Below the pieces are notes generated by a model. That model was not told where the DNA came from, searched no databases, and saw only the letters and a program-made list of their open reading frames with translations. Position numbers and translations under genes: made by a program. A stretch of 64,000 nucleotides of DNA from contig CAVQNT010000002.1 in the NCBI GenBank assembly GCA_963714275.1, positions 352,001-416,000 of the forward strand, read 5' to 3'. This DNA comes from Candidatus Bathyarchaeota archaeon. Lineage in GTDB: Archaea; Thermoproteota; Bathyarchaeia; Bathyarchaeales; DTEX01. Positions 34,439-44,506 of the stretch are shown here, one piece after another (position 1 is the stretch's first letter; the number at the start of each line of letters is the position of its first letter).

Positions 34439-34545
34439 AATTCATTCTCCACTAAAGAAAAACAGGAAACAGTTAATTAACTTTTTTCTCAATAGTTGAA
34501 GCGAAGGGTTAATTAGGCTTCGTGATGTGCAAGAAGTGACTTTAA

Positions 34546-34973
34546 ATGGAAACCGAAAGTGATGACTATAGACGGATTCGAGCCTCAGTTGAGAAATCGG
34601 TAACAAAATATGCTGAAAGAAGCCTTTTTTTCTGAATCCTGACGACATAGTCGTCAAGAACGTCATTTCAGGACTAGCTAGAAACAAACTGAAATATGGG
34701 TACAACTATTGTCCATGCCGAGAAGTGAAAGGAATCCTAAAAGAGGACGCAAAAAACATCTGCCCATGCCAAACACATAAAGAAGAAATCATACGTCACG
34801 GAACCTGCGAATGCGGACTCTTCGTCAATAAAGTCTTACTTCGAAGCAAAAAAGATTCTCTTTCAAGTTTAGGCAGATTGTTCCCTTCATTAATTGAGGA
34901 TGCAAAAACTCTTCCCTTAGCGAGGTTGTGCCCAACAAATAACTGGTTCTATTGCTTTCTCTTCCTTCAATAG
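34546..34973 (+). CDS. Ferredoxin:thioredoxin reductase catalytic subunit-like; frameshift near 34625
   Basis: YGYNYCPCR...ICPC...GTCECGLFV. Confidence 0.8.
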
Positions 34974-35338
34974 TAGTGCAGCGAAGAATGGTGTTCATTA
35001 ATAAGTCTGTTTCATCTTGCTTTTATAAAACAGGGTTTAAATTTGGCTTATCTCACGTATACAGAAGGCTACATAAGGTGTTAGAAGTATAAGGAAGGCT
35101 GGTTGAAGCATGCCTGTAAATGAAACTGTTATGTTTCTAGCTCAGCTAATTCTTTTTGGATTTCTTCCATATGTTTTTCCATTAATTTTATTTAAGCAGT
35201 CTGGCTCAACTCTTTTGCCCAATATAAACTAGCTAGTCATATACATGTATTTTTGGAGAAAGAGTGTGTTTTTATGTAAAAGTTAGATGAGGGAAAGAAG
35301 AAAAAGTTTATAATCTCATCTCGAAATCCACACAAGTA

Positions 35339-36051
35339 CTAATAACGTTTTGCATTCTTTCTTCCGTAAGGGCAGACATAGACGCAAAGACCGCAGATGC
35401 CTTCTCCCATGGTTTGGGCTCTTTTATCCGTATAATCCTTGCATAAATGAGCTCTAAACCTTAAATCTCTAGGTTCTGAAGGGTCGAAGGGTCTACCGGT
35501 GAACGCTTTTACGGGGCATATTTCAACGCATTCTAGGCAGTTCCCACAACGATTATCCATAGGTCTTCCAGTTCCCAATGGTGCGTCTGTCAACACTGTT
35601 GCCCATCTTACCCTAGGTCCATATTCAGGAGTAATCAGTAGACAGACTTTTACCTATCCAGCCTAGACCAGCAAGGTGAGCTGCAGTTTATGAGAGAATG
35701 CTCCCATCAACCTATTCTGGTTAACCGTTTGAGAAGCTGGGATTTGATAGTCTCTAAAATTGGATTCCTGTATCTTCTTTGCTACTGCAAGAGATGCCCT
35801 GTCAAGGCTGCTATTCACAGAGTTGTACAACCCTCGATACGTGTATATTGCTGATGGCTCTTCATGGCGATAAAGTTCATCCACCACTGCGTCCAACAGT
35901 CTAATACCTATTGAGACAGCCTTAGGAAACGCTACAATATGTTCTCCACCTTGCGCCAAAACGAAATTGCGAGCTTGAATAATGTCTGCTGCCCAAAAAA
36001 GTCTGCTCCCAAAGCCTTAGCAGTGTTTTCTAAATCATTCCGCAGATTCAT
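35339..36051 (-). CDS. Epoxyqueuosine-reductase-like 4Fe-4S protein; frameshifted
   Basis: FSHK, TPEYGPRVRW, CGNCLECVEICP, CGLCVYVCPYG. Confidence 0.82.
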
Positions 36052-36336
36052 AAAACCATCCTGAACTCTCCCGCTGCATCTGGAAGATAAGCTTATCGCC
36101 CACAGCTACTACTGGAAGAAGCCAAAGCTTGTTTTTCCAGTAAACATGATTCTTTTAAGGCGTTTGCAGGGCGAGTGGTTGACCGATAACCTTGAGGAGA
36201 CTTCTGGGTATTCTTCCACCTTTCTATGCAGAGCAAGACCGACTTTAAATGTTAATTACAAATTCTATGTAACCTTTTTCAAGATCTATTGGAAGAACAT
36301 TCTCGTCAAGCATGCCCCAGGCTCTAGCTGTTTGCT

Positions 36337-37164
36337 TCAACTTTTAAGGAAAGCCAAGATGTCTGTTTGAAACTGGCGTTTGTTGTCGTCAAAGGCGTTG
36401 TGTCCAAATCCTTTATAGAGGATCAACTTGGCATTCGGGATCCCCTCAGCTGATTCACGATTCAGATAGAACTTGTCTTCTTCTCCTCCGATGACAAGAG
36501 TGGGCACCTTGATCTCAATCAGTTGCTCCGAAGTGAAGTCATGATTTACCTCCGCCTCGGCTTCTACCAACCCATCCGAGGGGTCGCCAGAGGCGCCAAA
36601 CATGCTCTTTCCAAAGAGCCACATTAACAACTTAAAAACGTACTTTTTTAGTCCCTTGGGATATATCGAGGTAACCATAAAGACAGCTGCCTTTCTCCAT
36701 TTACCCTGACGCGCCAAGTCACCTACGTGCCTTGTCCATTCCTTACCTTCTTCACTCAGGCGATAACCAGTCTCGGCAAGGACTAAGTGGCGAATCAAGT
36801 CGGGATGATCAACAGCAAAGTGATGGGCAATCGGTCCCCCTGACGAAAGTCCTATTATGTCAACCGGCCATGCTAACTCTTCCTTTATCATGGCTGCGTA
36901 GTCGTCGGACATGTCCCGTGTAGAGTACCCAGCAGGTAAACCTCCCCTTCGGCTTACATAATATACCGTGTATTCTTTCGCAAGTTCCTTGAAGCTACCT
37001 GAAACCATTCGAAGTTGGAAGCCAGATGGAGGTTTATGTTCAAAGTCAGGCCCTCCCCCAAAGATGACTACAACTCGTTGCCCGCTTCCCATACGGAAGA
37101 ATGGAAGTCCATTCTTGGAATATCCTGTTGCTGCTTCCGGCTTTGTGCCATGTTCTTTAGTCAT
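36337..37164 (-). CDS. Alpha/beta hydrolase
   Basis: GLSSGG nucleophile elbow, PTLVIGGEED, GFGH. Confidence 0.9.
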   Translation of the reverse strand: MTKEHGTKPEAATGYSKNGLPFFRMGSGQRVVVIFGGGPDFEHKPPSGFQLRMVSGSFKELAKEYTVYYVSRRGGLPAGYSTRDMSDDYAAMIKEELAWPVDIIGLSSGGPIAHHFAVDHPDLIRHLVLAETGYRLSEEGKEWTRHVGDLARQGKWRKAAVFMVTSIYPKGLKKYVFKLLMWLFGKSMFGASGDPSDGLVEAEAEVNHDFTSEQLIEIKVPTLVIGGEEDKFYLNRESAEGIPNAKLILYKGFGHNAFDDNKRQFQTDILAFLKS

Positions 37165-37280
37165 GAATCCACCCACTAATTGCATTATCAACAATCGAGA
37201 AGGTTATCCAAAACATATTTAGACAAAGATACATTTATCTTTTTAAATGTTTAGTCAAGTTTTTATTTTTAGTAATTGTC

Positions 37281-37389
37281 TAGTTTGTGTGTATTTTGTT
37301 TTTCGTGTGAGTAGAGTAGAGAGTATACTGAACAGAAGAGAACGGAACGCGAGAGAGAAAGATTAAATTTTAACCCCAACCCAAACCCC
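37281..37389 (+). repeat. Dispersed palindromic site copy with both arms
   Basis: GAGAGAGAAA-GATTAAATTTTAACC-CCAACCCAAACCCC. Confidence 0.75.
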
Positions 37390-37393
37390 TCGT

Positions 37394-38266
37394 CTAAATA
37401 GGCCGCCACTGCCACACTTCTCCCTTCTGGATGACATGGCCTAGGCCAGGGAAGGGGAAGTGAAAGGCAAGCACTAGAGCCTTCTCCGCCGCGGCTCTGC
37501 TGAGAAGTCGGCGCCTAGTGTTGGCGACTTGTTCGGGTGCAAAGTCGACGGCCGCGCACCAATCTGGCGACTCCAGGTGGATGGGATGGAGCCAAGCGTC
37601 GGAGATGCACAGCAGTTGCTCACCCCCTGAGGAGATGGCCAGCGCCATGTGACCAAGTGTGTGGCCGGGCGCCGCAACGGCTCGGATGCCTGGCACGATC
37701 TCCGTTTCACGGTCAACGAGGTCAAGTCGATCCTGAATCGGCGGAAGGTTTTTGCGTGCGAACGCTATCTGACGCTTTCTGACATGCTCATCGAGCTTCT
37801 GTTCCGCCTGTTCTGAGGTCCAGAAATCCCACTCATCCTTCCACATAATGAAACGGGCCTTAGGGAAAGCCGGCTTGCCCTCGCTGTTGAGGTTCCCGCC
37901 GATGTGGTCTGGATGTCCGTGTGTGAGGATGACCCTGTCGATGTCCTCGGGCGCGACTCCTTCGGCCTTTAGGTTGGGGATGAGTTTACCTGTGGTCTGT
38001 GCAAGGCCATCTGCTCCCGTGTCTACCAGCACCCGATGCCTACCAGTGTTGATCAATAGGCAGATATACGGACTTATCCACTCCACCCACTTTTCTGGCT
38101 GGAGGTTGTGTTCGCGAAGCTTTTGCACTAGACGTTCTTTTGGCGCGTTGACGAAAAGAAGGATTGCAGGCGGTGGGAACATGGGCGGTGTGTACGTCAT
38201 TGTGCCATCGCTGACGGCCATACATTCGAAGGTCCCTACCTTGAACCGATAACTCTCAGAGCTCAT
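37394..38266 (-). CDS. MBL-fold metallo-hydrolase (YtnP/AHL-lactonase-like)
   Basis: THGHPDHIGG, APGHTLGH, AFHFPFPG; visibly more GC-rich than its flanks. Confidence 0.92.
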   Translation of the reverse strand: MSSESYRFKVGTFECMAVSDGTMTYTPPMFPPPAILLFVNAPKERLVQKLREHNLQPEKWVEWISPYICLLINTGRHRVLVDTGADGLAQTTGKLIPNLKAEGVAPEDIDRVILTHGHPDHIGGNLNSEGKPAFPKARFIMWKDEWDFWTSEQAEQKLDEHVRKRQIAFARKNLPPIQDRLDLVDRETEIVPGIRAVAAPGHTLGHMALAISSGGEQLLCISDAWLHPIHLESPDWCAAVDFAPEQVANTRRRLLSRAAAEKALVLAFHFPFPGLGHVIQKGEVWQWRPI

Positions 38267-38470
38267 AGTTTTCCCCTCGCTTCCAGATTCATCGTTACTA
38301 TAGTATAAAGAGTTCAGAACTTTTAATGTTATTGATGTCGAAAAAACAAAGAAAGATTTTCGTGAAGGTCGATTTGGTGAGAACGCTAGGATTGTTTGAA
38401 ATTCAAATCTAGCACGCGCAAGTTTGTTGTCTGATATACATGATACTTGTATAGTTTAGTACACAAGTAC

Positions 38471-38577
38471 GTTAGTTAGTCAGTTAGTCAAAGAGTTAGT
38501 TAGTATAGTCAGTCGTTCCGTCCCGTCAAAAAAGTGTGTGTGGGGGTTAAATTTTAACCCCAAACCCAAACCCAAAC
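38471..38577 (+). repeat. TTAG/TCAG tract followed by palindromic site copy
   Basis: GTTAGTTAGTCAGTTAGTCA...; perfect GGGGTTAAA-T-TTTAACCCC (38543-38561) followed by AAACCCAAACCCAAAC. Confidence 0.78.
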
Positions 38578-38578
38578 A

Positions 38579-39115
38579 CTAGATGTCAGTATTTATAGCA
38601 AACGCAATCTCACGTAGTTTGCTTAGCGCATCCTTGAGGAGTTTTCTATCTACGGTGGGAATAGGTTTGATACTATCTCCAGAATTTGAGAAGTCACAAT
38701 AGAATACTGCCATCCTTGCTTCCCAATCCGCAACACTTTTTACGTCAAAAAATTCTGGGTCGAACACAGTCTCATCAAATGCACCTTCATGAAGTGTTGT
38801 ACACTCGCTAGGAAGAGTCTTAATTGCAATCTCGAATTTTTTTGTGTGGTTTCGGAATTCTTTCTTATATTTAACTTGGACTTTTCCCTTTGAGGGGGTG
38901 TACTGTTTCAATAATAGAATTTTCCCGTACTCTTCTACTGCGTAAGTATAAAGCCCTGTGCATATCGCTTCGTTACCTCCATTATCCAAGAGTTTTTCTG
39001 CGGATTCCAACAATTCTAACACTCCCTGAAGCGTCTCTTGAATGCACTTCTTCCAAACTTCTTCTGTAATCTCTAGAATCTCAACCCAATCTCCTTTATC
39101 ATCCTTTAACATCAT
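38579..39115 (-). CDS. AbiV-family (HEPN) abortive-infection protein
   Basis: LLESAEKLL...YAVEEYGK...FRNHTKK pattern. Confidence 0.7.
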   Translation of the reverse strand: MMLKDDKGDWVEILEITEEVWKKCIQETLQGVLELLESAEKLLDNGGNEAICTGLYTYAVEEYGKILLLKQYTPSKGKVQVKYKKEFRNHTKKFEIAIKTLPSECTTLHEGAFDETVFDPEFFDVKSVADWEARMAVFYCDFSNSGDSIKPIPTVDRKLLKDALSKLREIAFAINTDI

Positions 39116-39288
39116 AGACCCAGCCCTTTATTCATATCATAGATTTCGCTATTCTAAGTTGCCACTCTTTAGTTTCATTTCTTAAATATCTGGCAAATAG
39201 TAACGCTTCCTCATCTATCAAAGATTCTATGGTCTGCTTTTAGCGCGCGCGCTAACTTTACTGCGTACGTATCCGTTTACGTTAATTC

Positions 39289-39723
39289 TCAGTTAGTTTC
39301 TCTCACGGGAGGGGTATATGTAATAATAAGTAATAGTAAGAGAGAAGAAAGAAAGAGAGGGGGAAGGTTGTAAGAATGAGAGAAATAGGGTAGTCGTAGG
39401 TATGCTGAGAGAAAAAGATTAAAATTTAATAGGGTTAGTACCTGATATTTTAATTTAATCTTTGGGTGATAGTGAACCAGTGGCACCATTTTGTTCAGTG
39501 AGCTAATCATTTTGTTCACAGTTCTTCTAACGACTGGGATTACTATGAGACTCGTTGGGAACCCAACTATAAACCCTATTAGAAACCCTCCTGAAAATCT
39601 CAAAGGAAATCCAGAGTCGAATCCAGTCATCAAAATGGTCATCGTAAGAGTCATCGTAAAATCCATTGCCAGTGTCATGAACAACGCGAACAATACTGTT
39701 GAGTATTTCTCATTAATCTTCAT
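39289..39723 (-). CDS. DUF2798-like two-TM protein; ORF reads through the repeat site
   Basis: FALFMTLAM...GF...FPTSLIVIPVVRR; recognisable domain ends near 39495. Confidence 0.65.
   Translation of the reverse strand: MKINEKYSTVLFALFMTLAMDFTMTLTMTILMTGFDSGFPLRFSGGFLIGFIVGFPTSLIVIPVVRRTVNKMISSLNKMVPLVHYHPKIKLKYQVLTLLNFNLFLSAYLRLPYFSHSYNLPPLFLSSLLLLLIITYTPPVRETN
39300..39462 (+). repeat. Dispersed palindromic site copy (purine arm + GATTAAAATTTAAT)
   Basis: Long GA-rich tract, then GAGAGAAAAAGATTAAAATTTAATAGGG...TTTAATCTTT. Confidence 0.65.
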
Positions 39724-40073
39724 AAGGCTCACCCGAGCGTGCCATAATCTATTCATCCTTGCCCTAACTCTCTTTTATATTTTGATAATATGTAATGTTA
39801 AACTTGAGATTAGTGAAAATTGAATGAGTGGGGCTTAGTGTGCTCCCTATGCACACAAAAAAAACACAATTATTAAATGTCAAAAAGGGAACTAGGATTA
39901 AATCATGGAAGATGTGATTAAAATCAATAGGGATAGTAGATGATAAATCAATTTAATCTTAGTTCGGGAGATATCTGGGTCAATCAATCAATTTAATGTG
40001 TTTCCTGTTATTGATATATTGATTTATATGTAAATTCGATTAAAAAATAAAAAATTGAGAGTCGGGTGATTTT

Positions 40074-40514
40074 TTGGGTAGAATGGAAAGGTCAATTGAA
40101 ATTGGGGGACCGCCTGAAAAAATTTGGTCGATGGTTTTTTGGGACAGAGTTCAAGAATGGTTTGACGTAATCAAGAAGGTTGAACGTACTTCTAAAGGTA
40201 AGGATGGGTTAGGTGCAACTGCCCATGTCGTCGGTGAGGCTATGGGAATAAAAGTCGAGTGGGATGCTGAGACCGTAGAATGGAAAGAAAATGAGAAGGT
40301 TGCATGGCGCTCTACTTCTGGAAACTTTTCAATGTCGAGTTCAATGACTTTCAGTCCCATCAAAGACGGAACCAAAGTAACATTTATGATGAACTATGAT
40401 TTGCCCTACTCGGTTCTTGGCAAGATAATCGACAAATTGGGGGTTAGCAGAGAAGTCGGTAAGAGCATTGATAGAGGCATGAAAAAAATAAAAGAAACTG
40501 GTGAGAAAGAATGA
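40074..40514 (+). CDS. SRPBCC (polyketide cyclase/dehydrase-like) protein
   Basis: ERSIEI..PPEKIW, EWKENEKVAW, GTKVT..MNY. Confidence 0.85.
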   Translation: MGRMERSIEIGGPPEKIWSMVFWDRVQEWFDVIKKVERTSKGKDGLGATAHVVGEAMGIKVEWDAETVEWKENEKVAWRSTSGNFSMSSSMTFSPIKDGTKVTFMMNYDLPYSVLGKIIDKLGVSREVGKSIDRGMKKIKETGEKE

Positions 40515-40554
40515 ATTACAGCCTGCGGTTGCTTTCTTTGAATATATGTTTGTG

Positions 40555-41010
40555 TTAATGGAATCCTTTTTCCCATCGATTCACAATGGTGCCCACTATC
40601 GTTTTTTCGAACCATCCCTTTGCTACCTGTTTAGCCATCGATAGCCTATCGTAATACTCCCTATATTGCTGGATTTTTTCTCCGCTGAACTCGTACACGG
40701 TTATCCCAGGTATTTCACGAAATCTTCTACCATCAGACGTAGAGCCCTCATAAACCCATTCGTAGACAGCCCTATTTCCCTTTACCAAAATCCCAATGCC
40801 GGCGTCTCTAATTCTTAACTCCGGAGTTTTCTGAGTCATATAAGTAAAAGTGTGCTTCACCTCCTCCTTGCCTTTGAGTGCTCCCTCAGGTTGAACCCAG
40901 ACCACATCTTCTGTAAGAAAGGATAACACTTTATCCACGTCCCTTCTCGTATAGGCTTCAACAAAATCACGGACTACCCTTGCAATCTTTTCCTCAGACA
41001 TTCTATTCAC
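40555..41010 (-). CDS. NTF2/SnoaL-like protein
   Basis: FVEAY..RDVD...FLTEDVVW, EKIQQYREYYD. Confidence 0.85.
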   Translation of the reverse strand: MNRMSEEKIARVVRDFVEAYTRRDVDKVLSFLTEDVVWVQPEGALKGKEEVKHTFTYMTQKTPELRIRDAGIGILVKGNRAVYEWVYEGSTSDGRRFREIPGITVYEFSGEKIQQYREYYDRLSMAKQVAKGWFEKTIVGTIVNRWEKGFH

Positions 41011-41169
41011 CTCCTAAAACCTTACTGCTAAGCTAATGCATAATTCGTTTTTCTTACTTTTATTGGTTGAGCTATGTTTGTGTGCGGTAAGTTTGTTGAC
41101 CAAACGTCAAATCTTTAATACGACTTGAAATCATGCATGTAATAAAGAAAAAGGGAGGCGAGTTCCATT

Positions 41170-41454
41170 ATGGCAAGCCAATTGGAAAATCAACCTTTCA
41201 AGAACCGAGAACACATAAAAGCTGAGATTAGAAGATGTGCGTGGGCTAATAGCGTTTTTCAGTATTTTAGTTTTCTATTCGCTGCGTTAGGAGTCATTGG
41301 TGAAGCTTTTAACACAACTATTGGTCTACAATCAATTATTTGGCTGCTGCTGGCAATCTTTACAAGTCTGCATGCTATAGTTCCCGCTATGCATCTAGTG
41401 GTGGCTAAGCATTTACTTGGTATAGAAACTGAAAGTAAAAAAAGTAGCGATTGA
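41170..41454 (+). CDS. Small membrane protein
   Basis: Two TM segments; GGGAGG upstream. Confidence 0.65.
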   Translation: MASQLENQPFKNREHIKAEIRRCAWANSVFQYFSFLFAALGVIGEAFNTTIGLQSIIWLLLAIFTSLHAIVPAMHLVVAKHLLGIETESKKSSD

Positions 41455-41582
41455 CAAATTTCTTCATATTACATATGGATAAGTCGTTATCCTGCTCCCT
41501 TGGGAATAGCAAGGCTTCTTCGTTAATTACTAGTGAGCTACTTGCTAGCTAGTAGAGAAAAATTAATTATTTATGGAGTCTT

Positions 41583-41810
41583 TCATCTAATGGTCGATGA
41601 ATGGAGTTTCTTCTTTTCTTTTCGTTTTTTAGACAGTTCTTTGAATAAAGTAAATGCAATGGCAAAAGCAAAAAGTCCCCCGAAAAAAACAACGAGCATT
41701 AATTTGATGTCCCTAACTCCCAAAAACCAGCAGACAATAGCATAAATAGCCAAAATTGTATATGCAACAATCGATTTTCCAATAGCCACTAAACGTTCCT
41801 TTATGTCCAT
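41583..41810 (-). CDS. Small membrane protein
   Basis: Two TM segments, basic tail. Confidence 0.6.
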   Translation of the reverse strand: MDIKERLVAIGKSIVAYTILAIYAIVCWFLGVRDIKLMLVVFFGGLFAFAIAFTLFKELSKKRKEKKKLHSSTIR

Positions 41811-41903
41811 TATTTACCAATCTCTCGTTTCTTTTATTATATTTGGCTTGATTCTCATGTTAGAACATATATTATGAAAATGTTGGGTCAATCAATTTAA
41901 GGT

Positions 41904-42389
41904 TCATGAGGTTCCATATTTTAGGTTTGACCTCCATCCTAAGAACGATTTACCCAATCCTAGTCGCTCTGCATCTCTAGAGAGCTCCTGCGCGCCAGAC
42001 GAGTTCACACCGTACAAGTATTTCAACTCGTTAAAAGCCTTCTCAAAGTTCTCAGCCTCAGACACCTTCAACTGTAACCTTGATTTCAACTCGTGAGAGT
42101 CAAGAGCCTCATCCAGATTCTCTTCGAGTATCTTCATAATCTCCCCTTTAATCTCCCACATATACCTTCCTGCCTTAAAGAAAGGACATTTTGCCCCATA
42201 CCCCTTCAACTCCTCTACACTCTTCAAGAGTTTCTTATAGTCTATGACACTCTTCATTTTCTGTGAGTGCTGAGTAACGTAGGGAACTACACATTCCAAT
42301 TTCTCGTAATTCAAGTGAGTGCACTCAAAACAGTTCTTATCCTTTTCCCCTCCTAGCCTCGCGAAATGTTCCTTAAGATTGCTCTGCAC
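41904..42389 (-). CDS. Hypothetical protein with Cys motif
   Basis: CFECTH...C...CPFF. Confidence 0.55.
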   Translation of the reverse strand: MQSNLKEHFARLGGEKDKNCFECTHLNYEKLECVVPYVTQHSQKMKSVIDYKKLLKSVEELKGYGAKCPFFKAGRYMWEIKGEIMKILEENLDEALDSHELKSRLQLKVSEAENFEKAFNELKYLYGVNSSGAQELSRDAERLGLGKSFLGWRSNLKYGTS

Positions 42390-42659
42390 ATAATCACCTT
42401 GAACGTCGACTCATTTTTTCTCCAACTCCTTAATCCTCTTTTCCTTCAACTCCACCCTCAAAAGAGTTTCTATAAGCTCCTTCATAGTCATTATATTCTT
42501 TATGGCACATATTTTTCCTTTCGTCCACAGGTCTTCACTAGCTTAATTTAATATAAAAGGCGATTAGTAAACCAGTGGCACCCAGTAGACGGTCCTTTCG
42601 CACGCGCTATACAAAGAGCCAGTTATGGTTATTTTATCCCTATTTTTTTAAATAGCTGG

Positions 42660-43808
42660 CTAATTATTGAGGAACCTCCGAAGGCTGCCTGCGACAAACT
42701 CAATTAGAGTCTTGGGAAGTTCGTATATAGTTCTTGCCATAAAGGTCTTATAGTCTTGTTCACTTTTGGAAATGTCGTAAAGCAATCGGGAATAAGTGCT
42801 GCTTCGAGAAGCGAGAATAACTGAGAGTTCGATCATTAGGGGGTTGTAAAACATGTCTCTCTGTTTGCAGCCTTCCATTAGGTCATTACCATATTCTCGT
42901 CTCCAAAGATCATCATAGGATAATATGTTATTTCTAATTATTGTCTCAGCAGCTAACTTTCCCGACCATAATGCATATAAAACGCCCTCACCAGTTATTG
43001 GGTCAACATGCCCTGCGGCGTCTCCAATCAGAATCCAATTTTCTCCAGCACATGGGAGCTTGAAGAAGTTTGGGTCTTTTGCCGAAGGGAGCATGGCAGC
43101 AAATTGCGAGATAACTTTTATTTTTAGACCATAAGAGCGAATAAAATCATCAAGAATTCCCTTCAGAATACTTCCATATCTTAGCTCGCTACCTATACCT
43201 ATACTTGAATGATCGTCTCTTGGGAAGATCCAGATGTAACCAGGTATTCCATCCAAAAACTTCATTGTCGCATATTCTTTTTCAGCGCCTATCGCAAAGT
43301 ATCCATAACCTATTCCGAGATTTTCCCGCGATATGGATCCAACTGTTTTCTTGCGAACAATGCTGTTAACTCCGTCAGCTCCCACAAGTATTTTTGCCTT
43401 CATCAGCCTCTTCTCAGTCTTAATTTCCCAAAAACCTTGTTTCTTTTCGATTTCTGTAACTTTCTCTTTGATCAGTTTTGCACCATTTCCTATCGCCATG
43501 TTCAAAATGCCTTCATCCAAATAGCGTCTCGAAATAATGAATCCTTTTCTTTTACCCTTTGCAATGACTTCTCTGTTCTTTGGAGAGATTATTTTAAAAT
43601 CAGCAGAAATACTTCCCTTTGAAGGAAATTGTTCGATGAACGGAAACTTCTCTATAACCAAAGGCGAAATTCCACCGCCGCAAGGCTTCTCCCTTGGATG
43701 AGAATTGTCAAAAATTATGGAATTAACCCCTTTTGTTGCTAGCTCATAAGCACAATTAGCACCTGCAAGCCCGCCACCAATAATAGCAACAGCCTCGATA
43801 TTTTCCAC
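42660..43808 (-). CDS. Geranylgeranyl-reductase-family FAD oxidoreductase
   Basis: GGGLAG, KPCGGGI, GADGVNS, GDAAGHVDPITGEG. Confidence 0.9.
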   Translation of the reverse strand: MENIEAVAIIGGGLAGANCAYELATKGVNSIIFDNSHPREKPCGGGISPLVIEKFPFIEQFPSKGSISADFKIISPKNREVIAKGKRKGFIISRRYLDEGILNMAIGNGAKLIKEKVTEIEKKQGFWEIKTEKRLMKAKILVGADGVNSIVRKKTVGSISRENLGIGYGYFAIGAEKEYATMKFLDGIPGYIWIFPRDDHSSIGIGSELRYGSILKGILDDFIRSYGLKIKVISQFAAMLPSAKDPNFFKLPCAGENWILIGDAAGHVDPITGEGVLYALWSGKLAAETIIRNNILSYDDLWRREYGNDLMEGCKQRDMFYNPLMIELSVILASRSSTYSRLLYDISKSEQDYKTFMARTIYELPKTLIEFVAGSLRRFLNN

Positions 43809-43941
43809 AAATCTAACTCACGTTCTAAATATTTAAAATAATCAAATGTGCAAGAACGCTAGAATCGCTATGATAAAATATTCTCCATCAACTATCACGT
43901 CAGCAAGAAAAACATGTCTTCGATGAGCTCAGCTAGCTGAC

Positions 43942-44289
43942 TTCCTGGGGGGAGATAAATTAACTGGCGTAAGACTCGAATCCGTTGATGGGAAGGATCG
44001 ATATGATCTAAATGTTGACGGAGTTTTTTTGGAGATTGGTCTAACACCAAACTCTGATCCATTAAAGAGTCTGGTTGAGCTTAATCAGGTAGGTGAAGTT
44101 CCTGTTAAAAAAGACCAGTCTACAAGCGTGAAAGGTTTGTTTGCTGCAGGGGATGTTACTGACGTTGAAGAGAAGCAGATATCTATTGCTGTTGGTCAAG
44201 GCGCTTTGGCTGCCCTCACAGCACACAAATATCTTGTTCAGAATAAATTTTCAAAGAGTGAAAATGGTTTAAGAGAGTCTTGGCAGTAG
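43942..44289 (+). pseudogene. Thioredoxin reductase (TrxB/AhpF-like) 3' fragment
   Basis: DGVFLEIGLTPNS, TSVKGLFAAGDVT, QISIAVGQG; begins directly after TGAGCTCAGCTAGCTGAC. Confidence 0.8.
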
Positions 44290-44506
44290 TTAACAACTTC
44301 ATCCAGAAAATAATCAATCGATTCAAAAAAGGCAGAAGCCTAATTTCATTATGTAACAAAGAGAAGGAAAAATGGAGAAAAGACTGAAAATAGGGTTTTT
44401 ATTAGGATCTTGAGAAAGTCTAGTTTTGGAGTCATAAGCTGATACAATTATCCGAATGAAAATTTATATATGAATCCAAGGCAAATTATGGGCTGAGAAA
44501 AAAGAA

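Noticed and set aside
37281-39462. Canonical integron attC sites
   Set aside because: No RYYYAAC...GTTRRRY ends or attC-type long imperfect hairpin; reported instead as a distinct site family
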